Shown: piece after piece, positions 1 through 13,615 of the stretch
Numbering within the stretch: the stretch's first letter is position 1
Layout: each line of letters starts with the position of its first letter
NCBI GenBank assembly: GCA_048772705.1
Contig: JBLWGC010000216.1
Location: 62,001 to 126,000, forward strand
DNA from: Leidyana gryllorum EB-2025a
Taxonomy: Eukaryota; Protista; Apicomplexa
Length of the DNA: 64,000 bases
Reading direction: 5' to 3'
The notes under the pieces: model-generated
What the model saw: only the letters and a program-made list of their open reading frames with translations
What the model was told of the DNA's origin: nothing
Database searches by the model: none
Program-made: the position numbers and the translations under genes

Positions 1-387
1 TCGGAATGGGAAACCGTTTCCACTGAAAGTGAGGAGAAAGGTTCCTCCAGCCCATTCGAACATGTTGTTCTGGACGGCTGCTCCAAATCACCCCCCCGAA
101 TGGTCCGCCCTGACAAGCGCATACGCACTCGACTCGCGTCGCGCAGCAGGGCGCTGTATGAACAGAATGTTTGGAGAGCCGAAGCACTCCTGATCACCTC
201 AGAGATCTTAGGTGGATCGTCCAAAAAGTATCTATTCATTCTCTTACCCCAACATGGCATGACCCAGCCATCATTGCCCTGCCTCGAATTTCTTTACATG
301 GCACGAATAGTTGGCCTGTCTAAAGCTGAACATTTTACTCATGAACTGCTCCAGCAAGCCCTTCAGGATTCCACCCTAACACCTTGA
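1..387 (+). CDS. 3' end of a hypothetical protein (5'-truncated by the window)
   Basis: Frame 1 is open from base 1 (SEWETVSTESEEKG...) to TGA at 385-387. The next ATG is 12 nt later, typical packing for this window. Confidence 0.55.
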   Translation, partial: SEWETVSTESEEKGSSSPFEHVVLDGCSKSPPRMVRPDKRIRTRLASRSRALYEQNVWRAEALLITSEILGGSSKKYLFILLPQHGMTQPSLPCLEFLYMARIVGLSKAEHFTHELLQQALQDSTLTP

Positions 388-399
388 AGAAAAAAAATC

Positions 400-1135
400 A
401 TGTTTCCGACCGAGGACCTGTTTGGCGCCTCGCCACCACCCCAGCTACCAGCACCTCCTAAGCCTGCCAAAGAGACCAAAAACGAGAAAAAGAGGCCTCG
501 TGATAAATCAGAACCCGTGCACCTACGCAAAGCAGCGGGAAAGGTCTGGAATGATCCCACACTTCTAACGTGGCCAGAAAATGACCATCGGTACGTACAA
601 TGCCTTGAACTACGCCGTTGAAACACACGTGTGCTCCACATAACAGGGTGTTCTGCGGAGACTTAGGCAATGAAGTAACGGATGAGATGCTCGCAAATGC
701 ATTTCGTCATTATCAGAGCTTTAATCGGGCTCGGGTGGTGCGTGATAACCGCACAGGCAAGACCAAAGGCTATGGTGAGTACCGTTCTCATAGTGATCTG
801 CATGAATATTGAACCCAGGCTTCGTGTCCTTCAATCGACCGGAAGACATGCTTGCCGCCATGAAAGAGATGAATCGGAAGTATGTCGGCAACCGTCCGAT
901 CCGCGTGCTTAAGTCGAAATGGAAAGTGCGCGAAATTGACTCTGAGAAGAACAAGGCGGATGCTGGCCACCTGAAAATCTTGCCGACCAATTCGAAACAT
1001 CTAAGACGCTTCAAGGTGTTGCAGCGTCAAAAGGACCAGGCAGGATCAGTGAAGAAAGAGAGCACAGTCAATAAGACCTTCGCCACAGAGTACTGGCTCA
1101 ACCGATTCAAAGAAGGCCAAGGGTCCCAGCCATAA
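400..1135 (+). CDS. RBM42: RNA-binding protein RBM42 homolog (single RRM), 2 introns
   Basis: The spliced product reads LRKAAGKVWNDPTLLTWPENDHRVFCGDLGNEVTDEML...KTKGYGFVSF...KYVGNRPI, matching the RBM42 signature. GT-AG introns near 592-646 and 775-818. Confidence 0.9.
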
Positions 1136-1214
1136 ACAATAGCCACTGAGTATAGTTAGACAAGCCCAATTTGTTGGAGGAATTTGATTGAGAGTTCCTT
1201 GGAGTTCGATCCAA

Positions 1215-2175
1215 ATGCAAGCTACCAAATACACGGCCTTTGTAGTCAGCGTCGACAAGTTGGTGGGGTATCTGGAACCCACCAAGCCAGCTTCACTATG
1301 CTGGTATGTGGGCGAGGACTTTGCCAACCTCCACATGACGGACTACATTGCGCCCACTGGTGGTGCTTACCACTTCGCCCACACTGGTTGGGATTACAAG
1401 GTGGAGGGCCCAGAGGTTAGGATGAAGAGGAACTACATCACCTTTGAGTTGCGGATTCGCGGTGAAGGTTGCGTGGCGCGTGGTGTTATGCCTGTGGAGA
1501 TACCGTTCAAGGCTAATGTCCAAATGGCGCCTGCCGGTGTGCTTGGTGTTCGCATATCTACTGGAACAATCGTGTACCCTCGGAACCTTATGGTATTCCC
1601 TGATCGCCCCATTCCTCCCTCCATTAGCGTCCAAGTTTCACTGGTTGATAAAGATGGAGTTGAGCGCCCTATCGGAACAGTTAACGACGCAGGTCTTACG
1701 TTCAACTATGGTGGAGAGCCGCAAATGATGTAAGTTGTGGACAAGCGTACCCGTAGTGTAGTGTCATCACAATTGGTAGAGTAACGTTGAGGTCCGGTAA
1801 CATTGCCTACAAGGCTTTTGGTGAGCTGTGGGAGATGGCGGTCGGACACGCTCGAATGTTCCACAAGCCGAGCTACGTAAGTGTATGCTGAGAAAGTCGC
1901 TTTGTGATTGTGGCTGCGCACCCCTGCGTGCGTGTCTGTTGCAGCTATTCAAGAAGGATTTGCCGGAAGTATCGATTCTGGGAATGTTTTGGGATCAGAG
2001 TGAGGATCTGAAGCGGGGAAAGCCCACCATTACCGCGGAGGCACGTTTCCTGGATGATGCTGGGAAGCCGTTCATCTATCCATCGATGCTCAAGATCTCC
2101 CAGAAGGTGAATGACTATCTCGCGGATAGCATCTGTCCGACGGATCAGTACAATCACCGAATAACTTTCCCTTAA
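1215..2175 (+). CDS. Hypothetical beta-rich protein, possibly C2-like; 3' exon structure uncertain
   Basis: ATG 1215 opens an ORF to 1733. GTAAG/GTGAG donors near 1730 and 1821 suggest continuation into the 1828-2175 ORF, but I could not resolve the phase. Confidence 0.45.
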
Positions 2176-2346
2176 TTCGAATTGTCCCAATCACCGTCAT
2201 CGGTCAAATGCAAAGTATTTTAGCCTTTTTGTCTTGTGTGTTGGGAAGTGCTCGTCCGGAGACTGACTGACTCTTTTTGACACTCTCTTCATTTCGTTTC
2301 ATTTCACTCGACTCTCCTCTCTCTTGATTCTACTCACTCGGCAACA

Positions 2347-3002
2347 ATGTCCATCCTGGCCTGGCCCTTCAAGTTTTTGCAGAAGCACAAATCGACTTTG
2401 ACAAAGGAAGATGCTGACGCTACGCTGTACGACGTCGCCTTCCCTGAATTGATCGACGGTGAAAAGTTCGATCCCAGTGTGCTCAAGGGCAAAGTTGTAA
2501 TTCTGAGCAATACCGCGAGCAAATGCGGGCTTACTGACAATCACTACAAAGAGTTCAATGAACTATACGAAAAGTATCACGATAAGGGCCTTGAGGTGAG
2601 TGCACACTTGACTTGGAGTCGTCATTTGTGGTCTGCAGATCCTCGGCTTCCCGTGCGGCCAATTCAATAACCAGGAGCATCAAGACGTATGCAGTATCAA
2701 AGATCGCGCCAAGGGTGCCAAGGTGTCCTTCCCTCTATTCGAGCGGATCGAGGTGAACGGACCCGAGTCGCACAAACTGTTCCAATGGCTCAAGTAAGCT
2801 CACACACAGTGTGTGTCTGAGACAGTTGTTTATTTCCAGATACAAGAGTGGTTCATTTGGAACGCTCGAGGGTCAGGGGAACATTGGTTGGAACTTTGGG
2901 AAGTTTTTGGTGGACCGCGAGGGCAAAGTCATTGGTTACTATGGCCCAAACACAAAGCCATTGCGCATGGAGGATGCTATCAAGCAGGCTTTGGGTCTCT
3001 AG
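2347..3002 (+). CDS. GPX: Cys-type (non-selenium) glutathione peroxidase-like thioredoxin peroxidase, 2 introns
   Basis: Motifs NTASKCGLT (Cys encoded by TGC), ILGFPCGQFNNQE, a candidate resolving Cys (DVCSIK) and IGWNFGKFLVDREG. Introns 2596-2638 and ~2794-2839. Confidence 0.92.
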
Positions 3003-3022
3003 ATTTCAAAAATTTAGTTGAG

Positions 3023-6000
3023 ATGGAGGTGAACTCCTATCTCAAGACCTTGAGGGAGGGAGGATACCAACAGATAGACAGTTTGGCAGCACATGGAGTG
3101 CTAGAAGAAGTGGCACTACCTGTTTTCGAGCGGATATTCATTCACAATGAGACCAGTAGCCAATGCCCCCCCAACGATGCTCTGGCACTCTCCGTCATAC
3201 TGCTGCAACAGAGGGTAGAAGCAAAACCGGCCACAGGCTGGCAACCAACAGACAAGTGAGCCAGACTTCAACACACACACACACACCCATATCTGATTAT
3301 CTCTCTGCAGCCCCTTGACTCTCAGCTACCTATTGGCTGGTGCCACAGACGTCATTCGACAGTTTTGTCAGACCGGAGCAGAAGTACTACCGGTGCCGGA
3401 AATAGGTCTATGTCTAAAGTTGTTGGCTTTGGCCTTCGAGGCCTTAGAACGCGCGGAGGTCCGTCGTTTTGTATTCAAGGTCGTTGGACTGCCGTCTTGG
3501 TGGCCACTGAGTGACGCCGTGCGCGACCAACTGTTCGAGACGAACCCCACGCTACGGCCTCATTGGGAGAAAACAGCTGCAGTGCTGAAACGACTCGAAG
3601 TAAAAGACGATCGACTGCCGTTGGGCGCCCAGGAGAAGGAACTCACCACATATACACTGCATCAGAGCAAATCGTTCTGGGTGGATCTGATCAACAAGAC
3701 TCTGGAAATCTCCAAGAGTCCAGAACTGCTAAGTCAGTATGTCTTGTTGATGGAGAGGGCACTAGAAGTGTTTATCGCCGCCTACTCGCAGCTTCCGATC
3801 CGACGTATCGCGAGGCCCGTCTGTTTATCCTTCCAGCTGCTCTGTCGTCTATCATTCAGTCCAGTCAAGCAACGATGTGCCTTTTTCTTCAATCGTCTCG
3901 AGGAACTCGATCGCCTTTTTCAAGAAGAGATGTGGACATCTTTGGACTCGGCGGCTGAAATCAATCATCTTCAACGCATCGGCAAGTTGCGGAGAGCCCT
4001 CTTCAATGCTCGTGACTCGGCGGTGTGCCGCAAATTGGCACAAACTCCCGCACATCGGTGGCAAAAAGTGGACAAACTTCAATCGGATCTCCAGACTCTC
4101 TCCGTCAACGACTTGGAGAAACTGGTTGTCGAACTGCATCTATTGACAAAAGAGAATCTCGATCTTCTCAAACAACAGGAGGGCATTGTTCAACAAGCCG
4201 CAGTCGCCTCCGCTGATGACGATACTTTGACAAAATGGAAACCACTCTTGATCTCCATCATTGTCTACAATATATCCCAAGTTAATCTGCGGCTCCAAGC
4301 GATCAAACAATCAGTCACAGTCCCCAACGAGGAGGGATTGTGGGGAGACATCGAGAGACTGGCGTCTCCGTCGGTGGAGACACCGACCCCTCTGCCACGA
4401 CTGGGTGTTCAGTATCTCCATCTGCGCGATGTGTTCCTGAGGAACTTTGAATTATACAGATTGGAGACATTCTATGAAGTGCGTCAGGACATCGAGAAGG
4501 CTATCTTCTTATCTCAGCCCAGAGCCTCGGAAGAGGATCCGGAGATAACACTCTTCTCCACCAACTATCGGATGGCCCTTCCGTTGCGAGCCATATCGCT
4601 GGTCTCAATTGTGCCGCCGCGACTGGGAGAACAGATCCCACAGTGTGTTCGGGGCGAGTTGACCTTTGATCTGCAGCCGTTCAGCGCCAATGTGAGATCA
4701 GACTGGGACGCGCTGCGCAACGGAGACCTCTTATTCGCTGTACAAATTAAGCCGCCGAAACCAAAAACAGTCTTCCCACAAAGGCTCGGTGAGGCTCAGC
4801 AGGTAGAGGACTTCCCGTCGCTCTACTCTGTGCTGACGGTGCGCACGCTCGAAGTTTCGGAGGTCGTTGATGAGGAGGGCAAAGTTTTGTCCAACGCATC
4901 CGACTCCCAACAGAGCCCGCCATATGGAACCAACCGGACTGTTCGATTCACAATGGATCCTCTGCAATACTTTTTGGATCTCGAAGCCATTTCTCGAGGA
5001 GAGCTTCCCGACAATTATCTGAACACCTGTAACCTTCTCATCAGAAGACGACCGGAAACTAATAACTTTAGAGGAGTTCTCTCCTGTCTGAAGACGCTGA
5101 TTCTGAACTCTCCCAACAGTCTGCTCCCCCCCGCGGTCGCCGATCTCATCGTGGGCTTCGGAGGGAAAGATGCCGCCCACCCACTCCGCAGGCAGGCGGG
5201 ACGTGAAGAGCACTTTAGCTTTGGACGAACCTTCGAGGATTTGAACCATCTCAAAGACTGTTTCCCCCACGCCGAAGTTGTTGCCCCCGAGGAGGGAGAG
5301 GGATCGTCAGAGACCCCATTCTCCGTGGCTCTCAAGTTTGTCCCGTCGGAGAAGGCGACCACTCCAACTACGGAGACTGATCCGCTCCTCGAGTTCCATC
5401 CAGTCAAAGAGCGCATAATCGTCGAGCGGGAGCAAGTTGACGAGGATTCTGACAACAGCCAAGAAGATCACAAGCCGCTCGTCAAGTTCACAGCGACGCA
5501 AGCGATGGCCCTGCGAGCCGGGCTGAATGAAGGAGTGTCAGTGATTGTGGGTCCTCCGGGGACCGGCAAAACGGACACTGCTGTGCAATTAGTGTCTTTG
5601 CTATTGAGGAACAGTCCACACGAACGTATCGTCATTGTTGCCAGAAGCAATCAGGCGTTGAATGATCTCTTTTCCAAAATCGTCGCTCTCGGGATGGACG
5701 AGCGCTATCTCCTCCGTCTCGGGATGGGGGAGAAAGAGCTGCGAATATCACAGGACGTAATGTTGTTGGACAAAGACAGCGACGACGGCCTCGACTTCCA
5801 ACGAAAAGACTTCAGCAAAGCTGGCAGAGCCAATCACGTGTTGGAGTTGCGAAGCATTCTGCTCAAAAAGATAGCCAAGCTGACCAAAGCCATGGGAGCC
5901 GACCCCGATACTATGCACAAAGCACCTCCCGGCGAAGTCGGGAGTGAGTGGGATTGCGAAGTCGCTGCTCAAGTTCAAAAGTGGGTGTTGCCAAGCCGAC

Positions 6001-7909
6001 GTGAATTTGCGGCCATAGCCCGCAAACTGGTTGAGGAGGAGATATCCAAGGGCACTTCCTCCTTTGATGCCGTGTGCAAAGCACTGGAGGTGGCCAAGAC
6101 GTCGGCACACCCCTGGTGGACTTCTTTTACCCATCTGCAGTCGCTATCGGCGTGGCTCGGAGCCGCGGAAAAGGATAGAGCCGCGGCTTTCAGAGATGAA
6201 GCAAACATGGGCTCAGATGTAGATAACGCTGAACAAACTGCCACCAAAGAGGGCTCGAGCAGCGGAAAGACTGAGCCTACCAACACGAAAATGGAGAGCG
6301 CTGACGAGGAGGAGGAGGAGGAGGACGACGACAACATGGAGGAGAAAAAGGTCGCTGCCCCGCGCTCCGCCGACACACGTCGGGCTGCTCCTGTGTTGAG
6401 TAACTCACTTAAGCTGCAGATCCGGCGGGGTTGCGAACTTGAACGCCGTCTCAAAGTGGAAGGAGGCAAAGGCCAGTTTGCCCCCGACAGAGATGTGTCT
6501 CTCTGGGAGCTGTTTTGCCCGTATCTGGGATACTGGGATGATGACGAGCACGAAGGCTCCCCCTTCGAAGAGGCCAAGTCTGAAAAAGACGCCGAGAAGA
6601 TACACCGAAAAATGGATAAAAGTGTCGATGCCATGTTTGCCGAAGCTGCAGATTGCCGACCATTCGAACTCCTTCGATCTATGGCTGATCGTGCAGAATA
6701 CATGACCTCTTCCTTCGCCAAGGTGGTGGCCATGACCAGCACTCATGCGGCCTTGATTCGAGACTCACTATTGAAAAGCAACTTCCAGTATCATTCATTG
6801 ATCATAGAGGAAGCTGGGCAGATACTCGATGTGGAAACCATTATACCGATGCTACTCCAGGAACCCAACGAGAGGCACAGACTGAAGCGAATCATCATGT
6901 TGGGAGATCATTTGCAGCTGGCACCAGTGATTCAAAACAGAGTGGTTGCTGTGCAAGGCAACCTCGAACAGTCACTGTTCTCACGTTTGATCAGACTCGG
7001 TGTGCCGTACCTTCAGTTCGATTCGCAAGGAAGGTGTCGTACAGAGCTGGCTAAACTGTTCAATTGGCGGTACACTCGACCACCCCTGAAGGACCTTGAC
7101 CACGTGGGCACAGATCCGCTTTTCCTGAGAGGCAACCCCGGATTGGCCTATACTTATCAGTTTATAGACTGCGCAGAAGGACAGGAAATCGCTGTAACTC
7201 CACACTACTACCAGAATAAAGGTACGGAACTGTACATGGAGGCGTTATAAACACGTGTGTGCTTGCAGCGGAGGCGGAATATGTTGTCTCCTTATATCTG
7301 TATATGCGGCTGCTGGGTTACGCTGCCCGGGACATCAGTATCTTGACGACCTACAACGGTCAGAAAGACTTGATAAAATCTCTCGTACAGTCACGGTGCG
7401 GATGGAACCCCCTGATTGGACTGCCTGCCCGTGTAACTACCGTGGACAAGTATCAGGGTCAAGAGAATAAATGTAAGTCATTCATTCTATGCTTCACCAG
7501 GGAGATAATTTCTTCGTCAGATGTCATCATCTCGTTGGTGCGGACCAATAGAGTGGGCTATTTGGCCGATGAGAGTCGCTGGACAGTGGCTGTGTCACGC
7601 GCGAAGCTTGGATTATATGTAGTCGGCCACCTCGGTCTGTTGAACCGATGTCACGCAGCGAAACCATTCCTCCGACAACTGACGCTTGATAGGCCGAATA
7701 AGTTGGCTATCCTTCCAGAGGAGCGGTGTGGGCCACAATTCAGTCGCCTGGTACGTCTCACGCATTCAACATTACTACCCAATCAATTATAACAGAAATA
7801 TGAGCAATCGAGGCCATTGCTTGTCCAGTCTAGTGCCCAGCTTGCCGCTTTGGCCGCTCAATTGGCGCAGAAGGAGATAGATGCCTCCCAGCAGAGTACT
7901 TCTTCTTAA
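3023..7909 (+). CDS. AQR: Aquarius/IBP160 intron-binding SF1 RNA helicase
   Basis: LPRLGVQYL..RNFELYRLE, RRRPETNNF, Walker A GPPGTGKT, ARSNQALN, IIEEAGQ, GDHLQLAPV, QGRCR and TTVDKYQGQ. Four short introns; last exon KYEQ...STSS* with TAA at 7907-7909. Confidence 0.93.
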
Positions 7910-9723
7910 GAGGAAAAGTAGAACTCGACGATTCTCTCTCGACAATGATCTCAGCTTCTCGTTTCACAATGAACCATGAAACCTGGACTGAGGGGTCAGA
8001 GGACACCATTATAGCTCGTCGCGACTTGAGCTCCCTTTTCTGCTCGCTGCGGTAACTTTGAACAGGCTTGCTAGGTGTATCATTATTGGCGGCTCCCGTT
8101 GCAGTGGCACCACCCTCCGCAGCAGAACCGCCATCGGCTCCGAGTGAAGATCTTCGCATAGTCCCACTCTGCTGCTTCTCGACATCTGCTTCCCCAGTGT
8201 TGACAGAAATGTCCGAATCCGAAACGTAATCACTGTTCTCAACGTCATGACATGTACATCGACAACGTAAAGCTTTGATGGATAACTTATCCCAAGCCTT
8301 ACACCACCCCTTCGGCCACATGAAATTATAAATCAAGTGGCCGCTGACGGTCAAGATAATTCCGAAGAAAGGCAGAAAAGTAAACTTCTCCCAGCCAAGA
8401 GACAGCTCTGTGATCCATATCGGAATCTGCCGCGATGACGATACAATAGAGGTCAAGATCGCAGCCCCCAGCTTCGTCACAGCCAGCCCCGTAGACATAA
8501 ACAATGCAACTGACAAAGTAAAGAACGCCCACTCTACTTGCAGAGCAGTGTAATGGCTCAATGAATACCTGTTCGACACCAAAGAGACGTCAGTGCAGTG
8601 AAAGGATGCATACCAATACCACCACTCGTCTCCAATCTCACAAAGCGCGGGACCCGTCTCCTCATGTTACCCCAGACGCCGACGCACACACACCGACACA
8701 AACACTTGCGTACAAATACAACACGTCTAGACACTCACCAGGTGTCTCCGAAGCGCTCCCATTTGAATATGTGCGCAAATACCATAGTTATCAGAACAAA
8801 AATAGTCTCCCATATGCCAATCCAGCCAACTCCTCTAAAGGGGGCAATTCGATAATGTTGGAGGAGGCGTTCTTGGAAAATCAATTGACAGACCTATCAA
8901 TGGTCAGTATAAACAGATTTGCAATCACAGAGTGCAGTGCAAGGATCGATCCATTGATCGAGTTACTAACTTTTGTACCCGTTTGCTCACCTGGCTGGTC
9001 GCACTAATCAAAGTCAATACCACGGCAGCCCAAGCACGAGAATCATCTTCCTCATCAAAGGCAAGCCAAATTGACTGTACACCCGTGAGAACAAGTCCAC
9101 ACGAAATAAGGCAGACCCCAATCCAATGTGCGATCCTAAAGTCCGTTTTTAGTATTACCACAGAGAAGATGGCACACAGAAGGACGGAGAAGTTCCGTAA
9201 TACTTGAACGGCAGTAGCAGATTCACGAAAGAGTGCGATGACAAGCGTCAGCGAGGCAACATAGTCACAAATAGCTGGGAATATCCACATCAGGGGACCG
9301 GCTTCCTCTACGTTCTCGCCGAGGTCATACTCGAGCCAACCTTGTACTCGACCGGCCGCGTGTGCTATCTTCCGGTCCATGAAGTCTATCGCAATGCAGC
9401 ACAATTCTGCGGACGGCAGATGGGGCACGAGCGATTGGAGGCTTACGGCCAAAGCTGTTGCCAAATTGGAGCAAGAATGGGGCTCGAAATGCAGTCCTCG
9501 CACAGTCAGCACAGGATTGAACATGAGTGGTCGTGAGTTGCTTCATGAGAATCATGTTCGCTGTGCCGGCTGTCAGCATACAGACTCCTGTCAATGGTAG
9601 TACCCACCCCCGTAGCACTTGTAGTGACAGTGTCCTGAGCTTGTGGACGGGCACATCAATCCCACCCGTGGGAGCGAACGCCTGGCCGTCGATGTGGTGG
9701 CCCTCTGAGGGTAGCTTCTGCAT
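7830..9723 (-). CDS. SLC35F6-like DMT-superfamily transporter, paralog 1
   Basis: GTANMIL..CADC..FRAPFLLQ, IFPAICD, QVLRNFSVLLCAIFS, QERLL..PFRGVGW, GLAVTKLGAA, RQIPIW. About 10 hydrophobic segments over 4-5 exons. Confidence 0.82.
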
Positions 9724-9756
9724 CTGGACTGCTCCATTCTCGCAAAAATGTGCTAG

Positions 9757-11753
9757 CTAAGGATGTATAACTATGTGCTCGTCCGGATCAATCGTCCGAT
9801 CTATGATGCCAGCTAATATGCGCTTGCCTTCTTCCTCGTCATCCTCTTCTTCCAGCATCGACCCGACGTCCTCTTCGACTTCAGGGTGCAGAGGTTCGGA
9901 GTGCCTCTTTACATAGATCCAAGCGGTGTCATCTGACAGGCCGCCATAACCGAGGTGTCGCGTTGTAACAACAGCATTTTTGACGACGTTGTCTGCAATC
10001 TCGAAATCCTTAACAACAATGTCGCAACTCGCATTGAGACCGGACGCGCAACTATTGGACGATTCATCGCTGCTGCTGCTGCTGCTGCTGTCCGAAGATC
10101 CGTAAAAGGATGTATGAGTCACACTTGAGTCGATCACTGTTTCCTGATCCTCCTTGCGACAGTAACACCGCACTCGTACTTCTTTCATGGCGCGACGCCG
10201 GTACCAGGGGAAACAAAACCGATCCGACCAAACGTTGTTGTATATAGCATGGCCCAAACAGCACAACATTAAGCCCACTAGGCTCAACGTTCGGAAAGGA
10301 ACCCACCGCATCGACGTTTCCACAACCCAGATTGGCACCTGTCGTGTGGCGGCTATCACTGATGTCAAGATAGCCGCTCCTAGTTTGGTAACCACTAATC
10401 CTGAGCTCATGAAAACTCCAACCGACACAGCAAACGCTGCCAGTAGTAATCTAACCCGTGACGAGACTTTGATTTGATACCTATGGACAGAAGTGGAGTC
10501 AAAGATGGTCACTGAAGTCAGAGGAGAGGAGAGGACGATGCCGAATCACAGACGTCCTTATCACCAGTAAGACAGCGATCCGAAAGTGCGTGTTTCGTCA
10601 GTGCGTGTGCTGGAGACATGGGACTTGTGATGACTCACCAATCAAAGGTAAAAGATTCAATCCCAGCGAGATGGGATACCACCAAGGCCAACAGGGTCAT
10701 TAGGACTTCCCAGATCCCTGTCCAGCCAATTCCCCGATAGGGGGATGCCAACTCATATTTGTGCATTAGGCGTTCCTCATAAATGAGCTGTGACACCTGG
10801 ATCAGGCAACTCAGCAGCGTCAGCCATGTACCTTCGTAGTTTGTGATGCCGTCCGAGGATAGAAAGCTTCCGGCCGCAACACATATCAGGCCGAGGGTGA
10901 TCACAATGATGCCAAACCAATGGAACACCCGCAAATCTCTTCGTAGCACACTGATGGATAAGATAGCGCACATTATGACAGCAAAATTACGATAGATCTG
11001 TATCACATAGGCCTTGGACTGCTCAAGGGCGATAATTAGAGCGATTGACGAACTGAAGTCTGCCGCCGCGGAAAATATATACCGTGCGGGTGGGGCGTCT
11101 CTACGCCTCCGTCGTCCTTTCGGCTCGTCCTTGCTAATTCGCACGCTCTTCGTGATGCTACCATTATCGCTATCACGGGTACGAGGAGTACTTGGTTCCT
11201 GACCCCCGATATCCAAAAAGCCACGCCGCGCGTGTCGTCGTTTGGCAAGCCATTGATCGAACATATATATAACTAGGCAGCACGCCTCTGCACGAACAAG
11301 ACAGATCGGTTGATCGATTTGTTTGAACTGTGGACTTACGACCCAAACTGTTGCCCATCTGAATGAGCAGAGGTCCTCTGAACAACTGCACCTCACCCTC
11401 TTCTGCAGGATCATCCGGTGGTGTACGGGGAGGGATAACAGTGCTGTACAGCATCTGCGTCAGCAACATGTTCATGGTCCCGGTGAGAAGCATAGCTACT
11501 GCAGCTGTTGGGAGAATCCAACTCCCCACTGTGCTTCCATCGTTCTTGAAGAGGGTGAGGTCGTATGGCTCAGCGTTTTTGTTTCTATGTATCCGCAAGG
11601 TATCGAGGTGTTCAGCGAACCTGAAACGGAACGGCCATTGGCCGGGCAGCGGTTGTTCGTGGCTGTCGGCCGAAACTTGGAAACTATTCATTGACAAACT
11701 TTGAGTGGGAGGTAAAGTGGGCATCCGTCCGCCGAGTACCTCTCACTCCTCAT
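9757..11753 (-). CDS. SLC35F6-like transporter, paralog 2
   Basis: Same motif set and intron positions (GTMNMLL, FRGPLLIQ, QIYRNF, EERLMHKY, GLVVTKLGAA). Start is either ATG 11753 with a 41-nt intron or ATG 11724. Confidence 0.82.
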
Positions 11754-11766
11754 GGCCTCCAAAAGC

Positions 11767-13585
11767 TTATTTCTTTCTAACTCCATCTAAGTCAGTGATC
11801 CATTCCTCCGACCGTCGAATATAGATCCACGTTGTTTGTCCACTCGCAGAGTCACCGCCACTTGAAGCATCATTTTTGGCCCCACCTCCAGTCACGACCG
11901 CTGTTTTCAGGACAACCTCTTCCTTCTTATTCTGTTTTTTGCTATGAAGCTTTTCCCCCGCGGCTGTGAGCGGCGAACTGATAGCAGACGGAGTCGGTTC
12001 CACCTCTTCCTCATATTCCTCATAGTCTTCACTCCAATCCTCCGAGTCCTCCGCATCCACATCGTGGCAAGTGCAGCGCATCCGCACTTCGAACAGACTC
12101 ACGCGGTCCCACCACGGCCAACATCCACTAGGGATGAACTGGTTGTAGATCAAGTGGCCGCAGACGCAGCATATGATACCGACAAGGGCCATAATGTGGA
12201 ATTCCACCCATTTTAAGCCGAGCTCAATCACCCAAATGGGGATCTGCCGAGTAGAAGTCATGATGGATGTCAGAAGCGCGGCTCCCATCTTTGTGACCGC
12301 CAATGCGCACGATGAGAAGCAGCTCATCGAGAAGGCGTAAGCCGTCAGACCCCATTTGAGTTTGTTGCTCAATCGAATTTGGTGCCTGCGCCAAGCCGTT
12401 TACAGAGAAGCACTCTTTGCCAGCCCAAACTCACCACCACTCCAGGACGTCTACCACGGCGCTGAGATGACACGTGACCGTCACTATCAATACTATACAC
12501 ACATGCCATAGACCAATGTAACCAATTCCTCTGAATGGCGAACAGCGGTAGTTTACCAACAAACGCTCCTCGAAGACCATTTGAAAGACCTGAGGACCAA
12601 TCAACCGTGAATCGTATATTCCTCTGGTCACCTGTGCACTTGAACCCAGCAGAGTCAGCGCAGGGCCCAACCAGCGAGCTCGAAAATCGTCTTGATGAGA
12701 GGAGGTGACCGACACCCAACTTGTGAAGATTAGCCCAATTGTAATAATGCAGACACCGATCCAGTGGAATAAACGCATATCCCGACGCAGGAAAGTGACT
12801 GAGAGGATCGCACAAAGCAATACGGAACAACTCCTCAGAGCTTGAATCTGCGACGCCGCAGCCTCGTGCAGAGCGAGTACCAAAGTAAGGGAGAAGACGT
12901 AGTCACAAATGGCCGGAACAATCCAAATGTAAGCTCTCGCTTCTTCAAGTACCTCTTGCTCTGCCTCAAACTCAAAAACGCCACCTTTCACTCCTCGCCT
13001 TTTAGCAGCCCATTGATCCAGAAAATGGAATACGAAGCAGAAAATCTCTGCAAAGACCGTCAAATAGATCATCTCTTCAGGTGATACCCACCCCCGACAC
13101 ACATAGCAAACTGCTGCACGAAAGGAGCTACAAATGGCTCCGGCTCACAGTCTTCGCATTTGGGAGCGCTCGTCCTGTTAAGCATTTCTAGGAGCAGCAT
13201 ATTTGCTGCTCCACAAACTAATAGAATCAATCCCGTGGTAGGCAGAATCCATTTGGGTAATTCCGCGATCTTCCCACCGAATAAGTTCTGTTCGAACCGC
13301 GCAGGCTTGATTTTAAGATTAGCGGGAGTGACAGAGTCTTGTCCGTAATTATCCTGGACCCGACCACTGCGAATCGGGGCTCCAAAACCCCCCTCCCATT
13401 CATTGACCTATGGAGACATTCATGTTGATAGTAAAGGTCAAATGGTGATTCCAGGTTGCACACACGTGTGTTTAAGACAGCATCTCTGTGACCGGGCAGC
13501 GTACCGTATGTACATACTGGTGTCGCGGGGGTACAACAACTTTCTTGCGCTTGTCAACTCCAAAGCCTAATGCATGTGTAGCCAT
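11767..13585 (-). CDS. SLC35F6-like transporter, paralog 3
   Basis: CGAANML..CEDCEP..FVAPFVQQ, IVPAICD, QALRSC, EERLLVNY, AVTKMGAA. Inferred first exon MATHALGF... from ATG 13585. Confidence 0.82.
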
Positions 13586-13615
13586 TGTTCCTCCCTCTTT
13601 TGTTCATCTAGGTTT

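Noticed and set aside
2515-2535. Selenocysteine in the GPx active site
   Set aside because: The codon is TGC (Cys). There is no in-frame UGA and only 20 nt to the next gene, leaving no room for a SECIS.
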